Positions 51,021-64,000 of a stretch of DNA of 64,000 bases are shown piece after piece. Position numbers and translations under genes: made by a program. Where the stretch lies: the NCBI RefSeq assembly GCF_009914755.1, contig NC_060930.1; one strand, written 5' to 3'. Each line of letters opens with the position of its first letter. The stretch's first letter is position 1. The stretch is from the human T2T-CHM13v2.0 reference genome, Homo sapiens. The notes beneath the pieces are model-generated. The model worked only from the letters and a program-made list of their open reading frames with translations, made no database searches and was not told the DNA's origin.

Positions 51021-54000
51021 GTGCAAAAGAGCTCTGCAGGGAGAGACCGAGTACTGGGAGGGCAGATTCCCACCGCTCCCATCATCCCCCACTGAAGTTG
51101 GCTGGATGAGGAGGAGTACAAGGAACGGAAGGCCTGGGGATTCTTCTTCTCCCAAAGGTGCCACCACCAGCAGGGGAGGAAGGGAGGAGGAAACAGCACC
51201 TTATTTAAATGCAAATGATTGCAATACAACTTTCTTTATTAAAATGCAAATTGCACTTCAGTCTCTGACACCTCCTGAGTGCCAAAGCCACAGAACACAA
51301 CCAGGAATGAAAGCCGGAGGACCCCGCGCCCAGGATGGTGAGAGGCCCCATCTGCTGGGTGTACAAAGAAATGGGGAAGCGGGGGGTGGGCCCCAGGTGG
51401 GCTTGGGATGCTGAGCCAGGTGCTTATCCTCCCTCCGGGGCTGCTGGGAGACATAAGCGGCGGCCACCGATGCAGGAAATTCTGGCAGGAGGTCCAGACT
51501 GTCACCCCATGGGGGACCAGGCTAGAGCTTCACGGGTCGTCGCCTGTGGGCACTCTGCCTGGCTGGGTCAGCACTCTGTGCACTTTCCTAATGAGCCTGG
51601 GGTCTGGTTGCCAACATCATTAAACCAGTTGCCACTTGGTGGGTCAGAACCTGGCAGAGCACTGGGGTTGACCTACAGTGGCCCCCAGCCCGGAGATCAG
51701 GCCCCAAGGCAGGCTTTTCTTCCTCAGCCACTCTTCCTGCTAGGGCCTTGGGAGCAGGGCTGCCAGGCTGCCAGGTGCAGCAGTGCAGGTCATGACAGGG
51801 AGCAGGGGAAACAGGCAGGCCCATGCCCCTCTCCCCAAGCTCCGTGACCTGGCATGAGGCCAAGTCCTCAGGGAAGAAGGGTATCTTTCCTCACACAGAG
51901 GCACCCCTGACTTATGCGTTCTTCTAATTCATCAGCCTGCAGAGGGCGCCTTTTCCTAATTTGCACACAGACACTGTTGGAGGGGCGCCCAGACCCCCTG
52001 CTCTTCCTTCTGCCCCACTCCTCTGTCTCAGACCTGACCTCCCCTCCTTGCTCATTGGTCCCCTGGGGTTTCCACACTGTTCCCTCCACCCTTTCCTTTT
52101 TCCCTGTCTTCCAACCATTGTCCCACCCTCTCTGCCCCCCTTCCTCTGTGGATCCCTCTGGCTTGTCCCCTAGAATCAGCTGGCACTGGGTCCTTACCTA
52201 GTAGGGTTGGAGGCAGGTACAGGCAGCCGAGGAAGGGTGAGCCAGGCCCTTGCTAGCTCAAGGTGGCACTGGCACGTGTAGGGAGCTTGGGGCGTGGGGG
52301 AAGGTCCCGGCTCCTTCCATCTGCCAAGCTCCTAATATAGGCAGCAGCAGAGAGGGAGCGGGGAAGCAGGAGGTAACTTGGAGCTGGAGGTGACAGGCCT
52401 GCTTCCTCCATATAAATAGTCCCGTCTGTCGCCCCGGGGGCGGTGGCTTCCTGGGGCACTTCTGATGTCATCGGCTTCCCAGGAGAGCTTTGCTGGTACC
52501 TGTGGGGACCTGGGATGCAGGCTGAAGTGTGGGGGTGAGGGGTGAGGGGGGCTACCTTGATGTGTCTGAGGTCTCAACACTCCCCAGGCAGTTCTGGCCT
52601 CTCCCACTCGTCTTGCCATGGGACACACAGATGCCCACTCCCCAGGCTGTGCAGGCCTGGGCTTGAGCCCCACTGAGGCACCTAGAAGGGGACCCTTCTT
52701 GGACATCATCCACAAATTGCTCCACTGGCCCAGGGGCTGTCTGAGCTATGGGGGGGGCCTCCCCAAGGGACCATAAGGAGATGGGAGCCTCATTTAGCTT
52801 CCCCACTCTGTGAGATGGGCTTTGGAAGGAGCCACAGAGAGGGTTCTGGAGACAGACACAATGGCTCCTGGCTCTGGCCACCTGGACATTCCTCGGCCTG
52901 GCCCTACCTGGATGCTCAGACCTGGCTCATCCCCTGCAGGAGGAGAGCACAGAGCTTTCCCTCATGCCCCACGTCAGGTTCCCAGCTCCTGTCTGGTATT
53001 CCTGAGGATGGGTGTGGGCTTGTTCCCACTATGCTACCCTGTCAGGAAGGTGGAGAATGCAGAGCTGCCCCTGGCTGGCGCTGTGCCTTCCCCAGCACAG
53101 GGAAGCTCCCTGAGGACCAGGTGGCCCATCAGACAGGACATTCTCAAGGGCTCTGCCTCCTCCTCAGCCTGGAGCTCCTGGAGCGGCCTCGGGTTCCATC
53201 CCTCCTCCCTCCCAGCATGGAGAAAACTTGGCCTGCTGGTGATGCCCCTGCAGGATTCTGTGAGGGAAGCTGCTGGGGGTTCACCCAGTCCCTGACTAAT
53301 AACAGGTATGGTGAGGTTAGACCAGGTTGCCTGGCTGCATAGCAGACTCGGGAGTGCCTTGCAGTGGGAGAAAGGCACTGGGCCGTGACCTGAGGCCAGA
53401 CCCTCCCTCCCCCAGCTACTGGGCTGAGTTGAGCTAGGAGGGGCCCACATGGCACCCCTCACCCCAGAGGTGGGCTCCAGTGTCCCCAAAGGAAGGAACT
53501 AGGGTGCTGCAGGGCCTCTGTCGGCTGCTCCCTGTAGACCCTTTTGAGCCAAGTGTGTTTTTAACAGTGTGGCCCTTGCAGGACAGTGGTTAAGAGCACG
53601 GGCCCTGGTCCACACGCCTCTGTGCTTGCAAGCTCTGTGACAGTGGGAAAGAACCAACCTGTCTTCCCTCAGACTGAACTCACAACAATGACAGGACATC
53701 GGGCAACAGCCCCTGGCACCTGGCAAGGACTGGACTGATGACTCAGGCCCCACCTCCACTTCCAGCTTCTCTGGTGGAAGAGTCCCTCATGCCGATGAGC
53801 CAGGAATGGGAAGGTGCTTCGTGGTGGAGCAGACCCCATCAGTGCTGCTCATGTCCCCTCCACCCTTCTTCAACTCAGTGCCCACCCACTTGCCTTCCAG
53901 GCGCTCAGTCTCACAGAGTGCCACGTCTGGAGTCTGCGCTGCCCTCCTACGCGGCAGCCCCAGCAGTGGGAGCTGGGAGGCCCTGGGCGCGGTAACTGTG

Positions 54001-54479
54001 GGGCAGGTTCTGGCTGCCTCCCAGCATTCCCAGCAGCATCGCGCTCCACTTGCCCACAGCAGCTGCCTTCCCTCCTGTCTCCCTCCCCACATCCACCAAT
54101 TAAACTGGAATCCAATTGGATTTGAATCCTTGCCTCAAGGCCCACCTCTGGGGAGGCCCAACTAAGAGTTCTACACAGTTGTGAGCTAGCTCCCTGCAGG
54201 ACCCAGTGACTACAGTGACTAAGAGGCTGGAGTGGAGGGCGCAGTGGCAAGGTCTGACTTCAGCCGCTCTGATGGCTCTGGGGCCAGGACTTTTGGCAGA
54301 CACTTTGTTATCAGGCTCTGCAGATTCGGCTGCTGTCGGTGCTGTGACAGGAGCCATCTCCTCTTGTGTTCTCGGTCTACATGTCTTCTTATCAGCCCTT
54401 CTAAAAGGGCTGGCAGCTGGTGGGTGGCAGCAAAGTCATGCCCACTTCTCAGGGAAATGGGATCCGAAAACTGTGGAAT

Positions 54480-54805
54480 ATTATTAACGTGCATTGGGTG
54501 TTTACCGTATTACATTTTGTTTACTCTCGTAACAACCCTGTAGACGGGGCTGCCATATACAGTCAGGCAGGTTGGTTGTTCACTGCACAAGGGAACCTGG
54601 CCAAGAGTGCAGCCTATGTTCTTTCCATATAGTGTGAGCCAGCCACTGCCCTGCTTATGAGCTGTATCATTGTCTCCATTTTAGTGTAGAGGCACAGAGA
54701 GTTTAAGTAATTTGTCCAAGATTTCTCAGCACATAGGAGGTTGTGCTGAGCTCTTAATCTAAGAATTTTGGCTGCAGAGCCTGCATTACTAACTATACTG
54801 CCTCA
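54480..54805 (-). mobile_element. MIR fragment(s)
   Basis: ctccattttagtgtagaggcacagagagtttaagtaatttgtccaag. Confidence 0.65.
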
Positions 54806-54976
54806 CACTGCCTTGACAGGGCAGAGCCATCGTGAGAGCTAGAAACCCCAGGAGGGCTCCAACTCCTGGGCACCAGTCAGGCCTGGGACACAGGGACTCC
54901 AGAGAAGCAGGGGGAGAGGGTCACCTCCCCTAGCTGACCCGGGGTCTGGGGCCCCAAGTCTGAGCTGCCTGCCTCG

Positions 54977-55213
54977 GGTGTCCACGGAACCTGGTGCAAA
55001 CAGAATAACGGCAATGGCTAAGAGGGCTTTACCTGGTGCTAGGTGCTGGGGGTTTATATTTGTTTACTCACTGGATCTTCCTAAGAACCTGAGGGTGTGT
55101 GCCAGTGGCTGCTCTTGGCCATTGATGTCCTCTCCCACCCCCTCCCCAGGCACACCACTGGGCCACGTCTCTTGGCCTCCCTTGCAGCTAGGTATACCTG
55201 TGTAACCTCCTGT
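54977..55213 (+). repeat. Left arm of inverted duplication
   Basis: Reverse complement of 56836-57077; ORFs 54978-55205(+) and 56845-57063(-) give near-identical peptides. Confidence 0.92.
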
Positions 55214-55559
55214 TGCAGTGGGAGCAGGGAGACTGGCTCTGTGATCCTGTCTCTGTGATCCTGAGCAAGTCACCGGCCTTGCTCATGGAGCCTCCGCTTC
55301 CCCATCTGTAAAATGGAATCAACACGTCCCACCCTGCCTACCTCCCTGGCCAGGACTAAGCCAGCTGTATGAAGGTTTTAAAAATCACACCTGGAACTGC
55401 CTAGGCCAAAGCTTAACACTTACCTGTCATCTGCTTAATACAGCTCCTATTTCCAGTCTAGGTCTGTCTGTGGAAATCCCTTACCTTTCACTGCCCAGGA
55501 GCCAGTCCTTCCTCAGGCGGCCTTCCTTCCTTCTCAGACACAGAATAGCAGAGCCCACA

Positions 55560-55830
55560 TGCCAGGGCACCCCCCGCTAATGACTCAGCCTCTATAACGA
55601 GTCCAAACATCTGGCTGACAAAGGGCACGGCTCGCTCCTGAAGCAGCTCCTTCTGCACAAATATGTTCTTAATATTCAATTAGTATTTATCCACCACGAA
55701 CAACAATTACACCATTGACTCTCAATGAAGTGCCTGGTTAATTAATTAACACAGTCTTTTACATGCTGGCAGTATTTCTCAGTGAGTGCAATAGTTAAAA
55801 TAATAGCACAGTGACGCCACGATGAGCTGG
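55560..55830. promoter_or_regulatory. Candidate enhancer between the inverted arms
   Basis: ATGACTCAGC 55580-55589, AACAAT, CATTG-N5-CAATG 55713-55727, palindrome GTTAATTAATTAAC 55737-55750. Confidence 0.4.
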
Positions 55831-56835
55831 GGGGCTGGCGGGGGTGCCCTGGGTTTCCTGGGCTCCAGATGTGATTCTGGAGCCAATGTTTACCACACAA
55901 AGCATCTTCTGGACTTAAAAGGAAAAAAATCACACTGGGATTTTTGGCAGGCCTCTTAACGCCTCCCAGTTTCCTCCTCAGTAGGGGCTGGGCCGGATGC
56001 CCACCCCGGTTCCTTGAGTCCTATAAGCATAGGTTCTGTAAGTGACATTCATACCTGTACAGACACCCCCTCAGGTTGCCACACCCAGGGGCCCTCTAGG
56101 CTCCACGGGGCCCAGCATCTCGGAGCAGCTGACTCAAGACACCACTCTCGCCTCCCTGGCCCTCACCGACTAATCCAGCACCCCCTCCTCAGGCCTCATT
56201 TCTCCTTCCTGCTCCTTCCTGTGGGTGTTTTCAGAGCTCAGGTCTGACTTCAGCTTCGGTTTCTGACCTTGCTCTTCTCTGAGTCTCCTCACCACCTCAT
56301 TTGCAGCCCACAGGTCCTGACTGTCCCCATCTTTGCTCCTGCCTTTATCAGAGCCTGCTGAGGGTACAGAGCACAGCAGCCATGCTGCCTGGGTCACCTG
56401 GCATGGCCACTTACTGGCTGTGTAACCCAGGGCAAGTTACTCAACCCCCACTACCCCTTGCCTTGGTTCCCCTACTTCTAGAATGGGGATAATCCTGTGG
56501 GAGATGATTGTAGCCGCCACCTGCACCAGCCAGGGTGGGCTGAGCTGCCGTACCAGGCCCATGGCGCATTGAGTGCATTGGCTCAAGCACAGCTGCACCT
56601 TCTTTCCCACTCCTGTTTCAGTGCAGGGCAGCCTACGCCAGCAGACGGGCCCCTGCGGAGCAGTGACCAAAGGGCCCAGGCTCTTTCTGTCTTGTTGCTC
56701 CACCTTCCCCAGGGGCCCTGCCCTTGTTGTCCCCATGGTCCCTGTGGTCTCCACGGGCCAGGGCCCTGCTAAAGGCAGATCAGACACTTTTCTGAAGGCC
56801 TGGCTGGCATCCCTCCCACCCAGCTTCCTTTGGTG

Positions 56836-57077
56836 ACAAGGGGGTTACACAGGTACTCCTAGCTGCAAGGGTGGCCAGGGGATGTGGTCCAGTGGTGTGC
56901 CCTGGGAGAGAGTGGGAGAGGACATCAATGACCAAGAGCAGCTTCTGCCACACACCCTCAGGTCCTTAGGAAGATCCAAAGAGTCAATAAATATAAACCC
57001 CCAGCACCTGGCACCGGGTAAAGCCCTTTCAGCCATTGCTGTTATTCTGTGTGCCCACACCATGTTCCATGGGCACC
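56836..57077 (-). repeat. Right arm of inverted duplication
   Basis: About 87% identical to the left arm by manual alignment. Confidence 0.92.
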
Positions 57078-57479
57078 AGAATCAATGAGACACATTCCTG
57101 TGTGTAAGAACCCCACTGAGGAGGATGGTAGAGGAGAGACACATATAACTCACCTACCACAATTCAGGAGGTGAACACCCAAGGTACATACAACATGCCA
57201 TGGGACAGGTGGGAGGAAGTGAGGGGCTGGGAGGGGACTGTGGGCTGATTCTGGAGGAATGGTGGCAGTTGAACAGGTGGGAGGGGACTCGAGGCCTGGA
57301 TCTGCAGCCAGGTCTGTGCTACAGCCAAGTCAGTCAAATTAAATTTCTCCCAAATATACCATTAGTTGCCCATGCAGGTGGAGAAGCCATTTTTGACTCT
57401 GTTAAACATTTTTTTGAGTTCCCCAACTGATTCAAAATGTTGGGAAACAGAAGGGTTTGGCTCTTTGGGAAGTTGGTCC

Positions 57480-58172
57480 GTGACAGACACCGCTGGTTGC
57501 CCACCCAGCAGACAAGATCGCTTCTTCTGGTGGGGAGGCTCAGAGAAGGGAGGCCACACATGATTGTCAAAGCCGGTCATGGCAAGCCCATTGCTCCCTT
57601 TTGCCAGTGATTGGCTTAAATGTGTGCATGTGACCCAATTTCAGCCAATAAACAATAAAAATAAGTCAGTTAGAAGGATTCTAGGAAAGATTTTACTCCC
57701 TGATAAAAAGAGCCATATGCTAGGAGAGGAGCTCTCCCTTCCTGCTTTTGGATATTATGGTGTGAGCGTGTGATGTGGCAGCCACTTTGTGACCATTAGG
57801 AAAAACATGGCTGACATGCTGAGAATAGCAGAGTGGAGGGAGGAGCAAAAATAGGACCCAAGATAATGTACTGAACCGCTGGACCTGCCCTGGACGTATT
57901 CAACCTCCTGACATCTTGTTAAGCAAGCCTGTGACCTTAAACCAGCTACTTCAACTTCTTCATCTGTAGAATGCATAACAATAGCACCTACCTCACAGGG
58001 CTGTTATGAGAATAAAAGTGATTTATTTGCAAAACCCTTAAAAATATGCCTGCACAGATGTCTGCCACTGTTGGTGTTAAATAACTAGAAGTAATTAAAA
58101 AAACTCCTGTTGGTTAAGCCATTTTGAGTGGCTTTCCTGTTACTTGCAGCCAAAAGCATCCTGGCTGATACT
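57480..58172 (+). mobile_element. LTR33-like ERVL LTR with internal MIR-like segment (~57930-58060)
   Basis: gtgacagacaccgctggttgcccaccca start; tttcctgttacttgcagccaaaagcatcctggctgatac end. Confidence 0.7.
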
Positions 58173-58316
58173 CAGGTGGTGAAGAATGAGCACCTTCAGC
58201 AGAAGGCAGGGCTGAAAAGCTGGCACGCAGGAGCCTGGGTCAGGGCTGGGGTGGATGTGAGGACCCTGGAAGGACCTGGAGCCTCCAGGAGGATGGTGTG
58301 ATGTGCTGCTGTCTGA

Positions 58317-59542
<1,226 letters not shown>

Positions 59543-60078
59543 AAAAAGCAAATTCTCTAATTAGATATGCCTTCCCCTACTTCTTCTGAAAAGATCTGTG
59601 CCTTCCCACTAGGTAAAAACTCACCTCCTCCAGGAAGCTGACCTTCATAAGTGGTCCCCATTGAATTGTGTTTTTTTTTCCTTTTCTCTGGCTCTAAAGG
59701 TTGGGATGACAGGATTTGCTCACAAGGAGAGGCAGGGTGTACCATATGGCCCCAAGATTCCCTTCCAGCCCAGACTCGCTGCATTCACAGGGTGCCAGGG
59801 AGCACTCACTTCTGAGCCTCATAGAAGGCTCTCTGAGAACTCCCACTCTTCACAGCCCAGCCCCCATATCAGGAGGAGAGGGTCAGGCTAGTTGCTTGGT
59901 GGAACTCCAGCCCTGGCTGACCCTAGCTCTTTCTCCAAGCTTCACCTGCTGCAGAGACACAGTCAGGTGGTAAGCTGTCACCACTCAGGGTTCTAGGTCA
60001 CCAGCCTCAGCTGGCCTCAACCTGACCAAAAATCCACCTGCTTTTATCTGGCCTCTCTCACTCTGCAATGAACAGGTC

Positions 60079-60525
60079 TGAAACGGCTTGGATTTGTGTC
60101 CCAGCCCAAATCTCATGCTGAATTGTAATCCCCAGCGTTGGAGAAGGGGCCTGGTGGGAGATGACTGGATCATGGGGGTGGATTTCCCCCTTGCCGTTCT
60201 CTTGATAGTGAGTGAGTTCTCATGAGTTCTGGTTGTTTAAAAGTGTGTAGCACCTCACCCTTCACTCTCTTCCTCCTCTCCCGGCCGTGTAAGACATGCC
60301 TGCTTCCCCTTCCCCTTCTGCCATGATTGTAAGTTTCCTGAGGTGCCTTCTGCCATGATTGTAAGTTTCCTGAGGTGCCTTCTGCCATGATTGTAAGTTT
60401 CCTGAGGCCTCCCTAGCCATGCTTCCTGTACAGCCTGCAGAACCACGAGCCAATTAAACCTCTTTTCTTTATAAATTCCCAGTCTCAGGTATTTCTTTAC
60501 AGCAGTGTGAGAATAGACTAACACA
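60079..60525 (+). mobile_element. MSTA solo LTR with internal 32-bp triplication
   Basis: Perfect TSD aggtc (60074-60078, 60526-60530); MSTA motifs throughout. Confidence 0.92.
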
Positions 60526-61039
60526 AGGTCCATCCTGCACACCTTCTGCCCTCTGCCCCTTGACCTTTCCACCACCTCCCCCTATCCTCAGCAGAGCACC
60601 TCCCTCCTTCTACCCAGAGCCAGAGAAGCCAGTAGAAAAGAACCCCCTCAGCTTCCTGACTGTAACAGATGATCTGTGTGTCCTGCTCCTCATCTCATCG
60701 GCCCTTCTTAGATTTCAACTGCAGCTGTGCAGACTGTTCTCCTCCTCCAGACTGAAGCATCCCACTCCGGCCCGCCACTCTCTTGGCTGGCAAGGGGCAG
60801 GAGCAGGAGTCATGCAGTGCAGACACAAGAGATGCAAGTGGGAGTCAGTACCTCTCCTGTCTTCCTTAGATGAGAGAGTGGGTAGATAAATATCCTTCTG
60901 AGGGACAACTCTGTGGTGCCTCAGAGGGTCCCAGTGGGATTGAGCACCAGTTGCCCATAGTGACAGCAACTCCATTTCCCTCTAACTTCTGGAACTAATC
61001 TTCCCTATCTCTCCAGAGTATTTGGCACTACTGTCCACT

Positions 61040-61610
61040 CCCTACACTCGTTCCACCTCCCAACACTCTGCTGGTTTCCCTCTTTCCCCTTGGGATGCCT
61101 CTTCTCAGCCTTCTCTGCCAGACCCTTCTGGTGTGGCTACTACGTGTTGATGTTCCTTGGGGAGGGCCTTATGTCCACGTATTCTCATGTGGTGTACTCT
61201 CTTCCTAGGAGTTTACCCTTGCTGGTAGCTTCAGGACATCTGCATCTGTGTGTGTCCAACCCAGACCACTCCCTCAAGTAAACACCCGGATATCTGCCAC
61301 CTGGCTTTCACCTCCATTTGGGTATCTCAAAGCTACCACAGAATCAGTACATCCAAAACCTCCCACTACAGCTTTTACCACTCCTCCTGCATTCCCCATT
61401 GCAGCAGGGGTACCAGTCTCCATCCAAAGAGGGCGCAAGTCACACACCACCATGGGATCAACCTGGACTCTTCTCTTTCTCATCCTAACATCCCATCTAC
61501 ACCAAATCCTCTAGATTTTGCTTCCTAAATCTTTCCTGCATCTGTCCACTTTTCCCTATCTTATCGCCACCAAGCCTTGTTCAGCCATCTTCACTCAAAA
61601 TAGCAACCTA
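61040..61610 (+). mobile_element. L2 fragment
   Basis: tccaacccagaccactccc...cacctccatttgggtatctca...acctggactcttctctttctcatcc. Confidence 0.6.
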
Positions 61611-61612
61611 AC

Positions 61613-61866
61613 TGGGATTACCAGATAAAGTACAAGAGGTCCAGTTAAATTTGAATTTCCAATAAACAATGATTTTTTTAAGTATGAGTATGTCCCAACT
61701 ATTGCACAGGACATATTCACACTAAGCAATTATTCAGGATTTATCTGAAATTTAAATCTAACTGGACATCTGTTTTTAATTTTTTTTTCTAGTTAAAATT
61801 CCATGAATTCCTTGAACTATTTCAAGGACCATCCTGTATTTTTATTTGCTAAATCTGGTATTCCTA
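61613..61866 (+). mobile_element. MER53 palindromic hAT MITE with ~60-bp insertion
   Basis: ccagttaaatttgaattt...agtatgtcccaactattgcacaggacata...tttatttgctaaatctgg; degenerate TSD aacctaac/atcctaat. Confidence 0.85.
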
Positions 61867-62319
61867 ATCCTAATTGATCTCTCTGCATCCCCACATTGTA
61901 GCCTGATGACCTTGTTCAAGCAAAATTTGCTAAGTAGACCATGAAGTTAATTTAAGTATGTATATTGCAATCACTAGATCCATCACTTTTAAAAAGTATA
62001 CAAGAAGATATAGTTTTTTTAAAAAACTTAATAAGTAAATTAAAATAGAATACAAAAAATAGTCGACCCACAAGAAAGCAGAAAGGAGAAAACAGGGACT
62101 AATAACAGAAGGCAGAAATAAAAATCAAATAATGAAACCTCTAAATTCAAAAATATCAATAATTACACTAAATGTAAATAATCTAAACATATCAATTAAA
62201 AATCAGAAATTATCAGAATGAAAAAAATAAACAAGACCCAACAATATGCTGTATAATGATATAAATACGATAATAGTAAATGAAATGCCTTTCAAATGTA
62301 AATTTTTTTAAAAAGCTAG

Positions 62320-62622
62320 GGCCAGGAGCTGTGGCTCACACCTGTAATCCCAGCACTTTGGGAGGCCAAGGCAAGTTGATCACCTGAGGTCAGGAGTTCG
62401 AAACCAACCTGGCCAACATTGTGAAACCCATCTCTACTAAAACTAGAAAAAATTAGCTGGGCGTGGTGGCGGGTGCCTGCAATCCCAGCTACTCAGGAGG
62501 CTGAGGCAGGATAATGAATAGCTTGAACTCGGGAGGCGGAGGTTGCAGTGAACCGAGATCATGCCATTGCACTCCAGCCTGAGCAACAAGAGCGAGATTC
62601 TGCCTCACCAAAAAAAAAAAAA
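62320..62622 (+). mobile_element. AluSq-like inside L1
   Basis: gcaacaagagcgag diagnostic; TSD aaaaagctag. Confidence 0.93.
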
Positions 62623-63406
62623 AAAAAGCTAGAATGGCAATGTTAATATTAAACAAGTTAGATTTCAGAGTAAGAAAAATTACCAGGGATAAAGAGGAGG
62701 GCATTTTACAATGATAAAAGGGTCAAGTCACCAAGAAGACATAACACTCTTAAATGAGAATGCACTTAACAACAGCGCTTCAACATACCTGAAGCAAAAA
62801 CTGATAGAATTGAATAGAGAAAAAGACAAAATCTGTAATTATAGTTGGAGATTTCAATACTCTTCTTTAAGTAATTGGTAGGAGAAGTTTTCAGATTAGC
62901 AAGCATGTAGAAGAACTGAACAACGCTATCAACAAACTGGATCTAATTAGCATTACAGAATGCTCCACATATCAACAGCAGAATACACATTCTTTTCAAG
63001 TGCACATAGAACACTCACCAATATAGACCATTTCCTCGGTCATAAGAGAAACTTCAACAAACTTTAAAAATTGAAGTCATACTAAGTATATTCTCTAACC
63101 ACGACAGAATTAAATTAAAAGACAATAACAAAAATATAACTGGAAAACCTCCAAATACTAGAAATAAAGCAACACACGTAAAAATAATTCATGGTCCAGA
63201 GGAAGTCTCAAGGAATATTAGAAGATATTTGAACTGAACAAAGATAAAAGCACAACAAACTGAAATTTGTGAGATGCAGCTAATGTAGTGTTTAAAGAGC
63301 ATTTTATAACACCAAAACATGTATATTAGAAAAAAAGAAAGGTCTTATCAATCCAAGTTCCATCTTGAGAAACTACAAAAGTAGAAAAAAATAAAAGAGC
63401 AAAATG

Positions 63407-63854
<448 letters not shown>

Positions 63855-64000
63855 TCACTACAGACTCTGGCATTAGAAGGATAATGACAGAATACTATTC
63901 CCAACTCTATACACATCAACCCAACAACTTAGATAAAATGGACCAATTCCTTGAAAGCCACAAACTACCAAAACTCACACAAAAAGCAGATAACTTGAAG

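Noticed and set aside
52331-52341. CArG box
   Set aside because: CCTAATATAGG has seven A/T bases rather than six.
54978-57063. Two 'paralogous' small ORFs (54978-55205 +, 56845-57063 -), or a TIR transposon
   Set aside because: Peptide similarity is a by-product of the inverted duplication of repeat-derived DNA; no TSD or transposase remnant.
60314-60407. CRISPR-like 32-bp direct repeats
   Set aside because: No unique spacers, no cas genes, and a eukaryotic LTR context.

Overview
Primate (most likely human) intergenic DNA, fairly GC-rich, with no protein-coding gene, RNA gene or CRISPR array that I can support. Long ORFs in the track are chance GC-rich frames or repeat translations. Roughly half the window is interspersed repeat: about 11 Alus; L1, L2 and MIR fragments; solo LTRs (MER11, MER4, MER21, MER66/MER41-like, MST, MLT1, LTR16, LTR33); a decayed ERVL provirus with recognisable RT residues (~33.1-37.6 kb); and DNA transposon fossils (MER2, MER58, Charlie4, MER53). 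Subfamily names are recalled from consensus sequences, not from a RepeatMasker run. The unique sequence carries short AT-rich islands dense in developmental TF motifs: a MEIS + PBX-HOX composite at 4.87 kb and MEF2/octamer/homeobox clusters at 19.5, 29, 44, 51.2 and 55.7 kb. This suggests an enhancer-bearing gene desert. The most unusual structure is a ~240-bp, ~87%-identical inverted duplication (54977-55213 / 56836-57077) bracketing one motif island. Other oddities are a ~110-bp local direct duplication, a template-switch scar inside an Alu, a twin-primed L1 inversion, an almost gap-free inverted Alu pair, nested LTR stacks and a perfect 32-bp triplication in an MSTA LTR. I cannot demonstrate a new biological system or name the locus from sequence alone.
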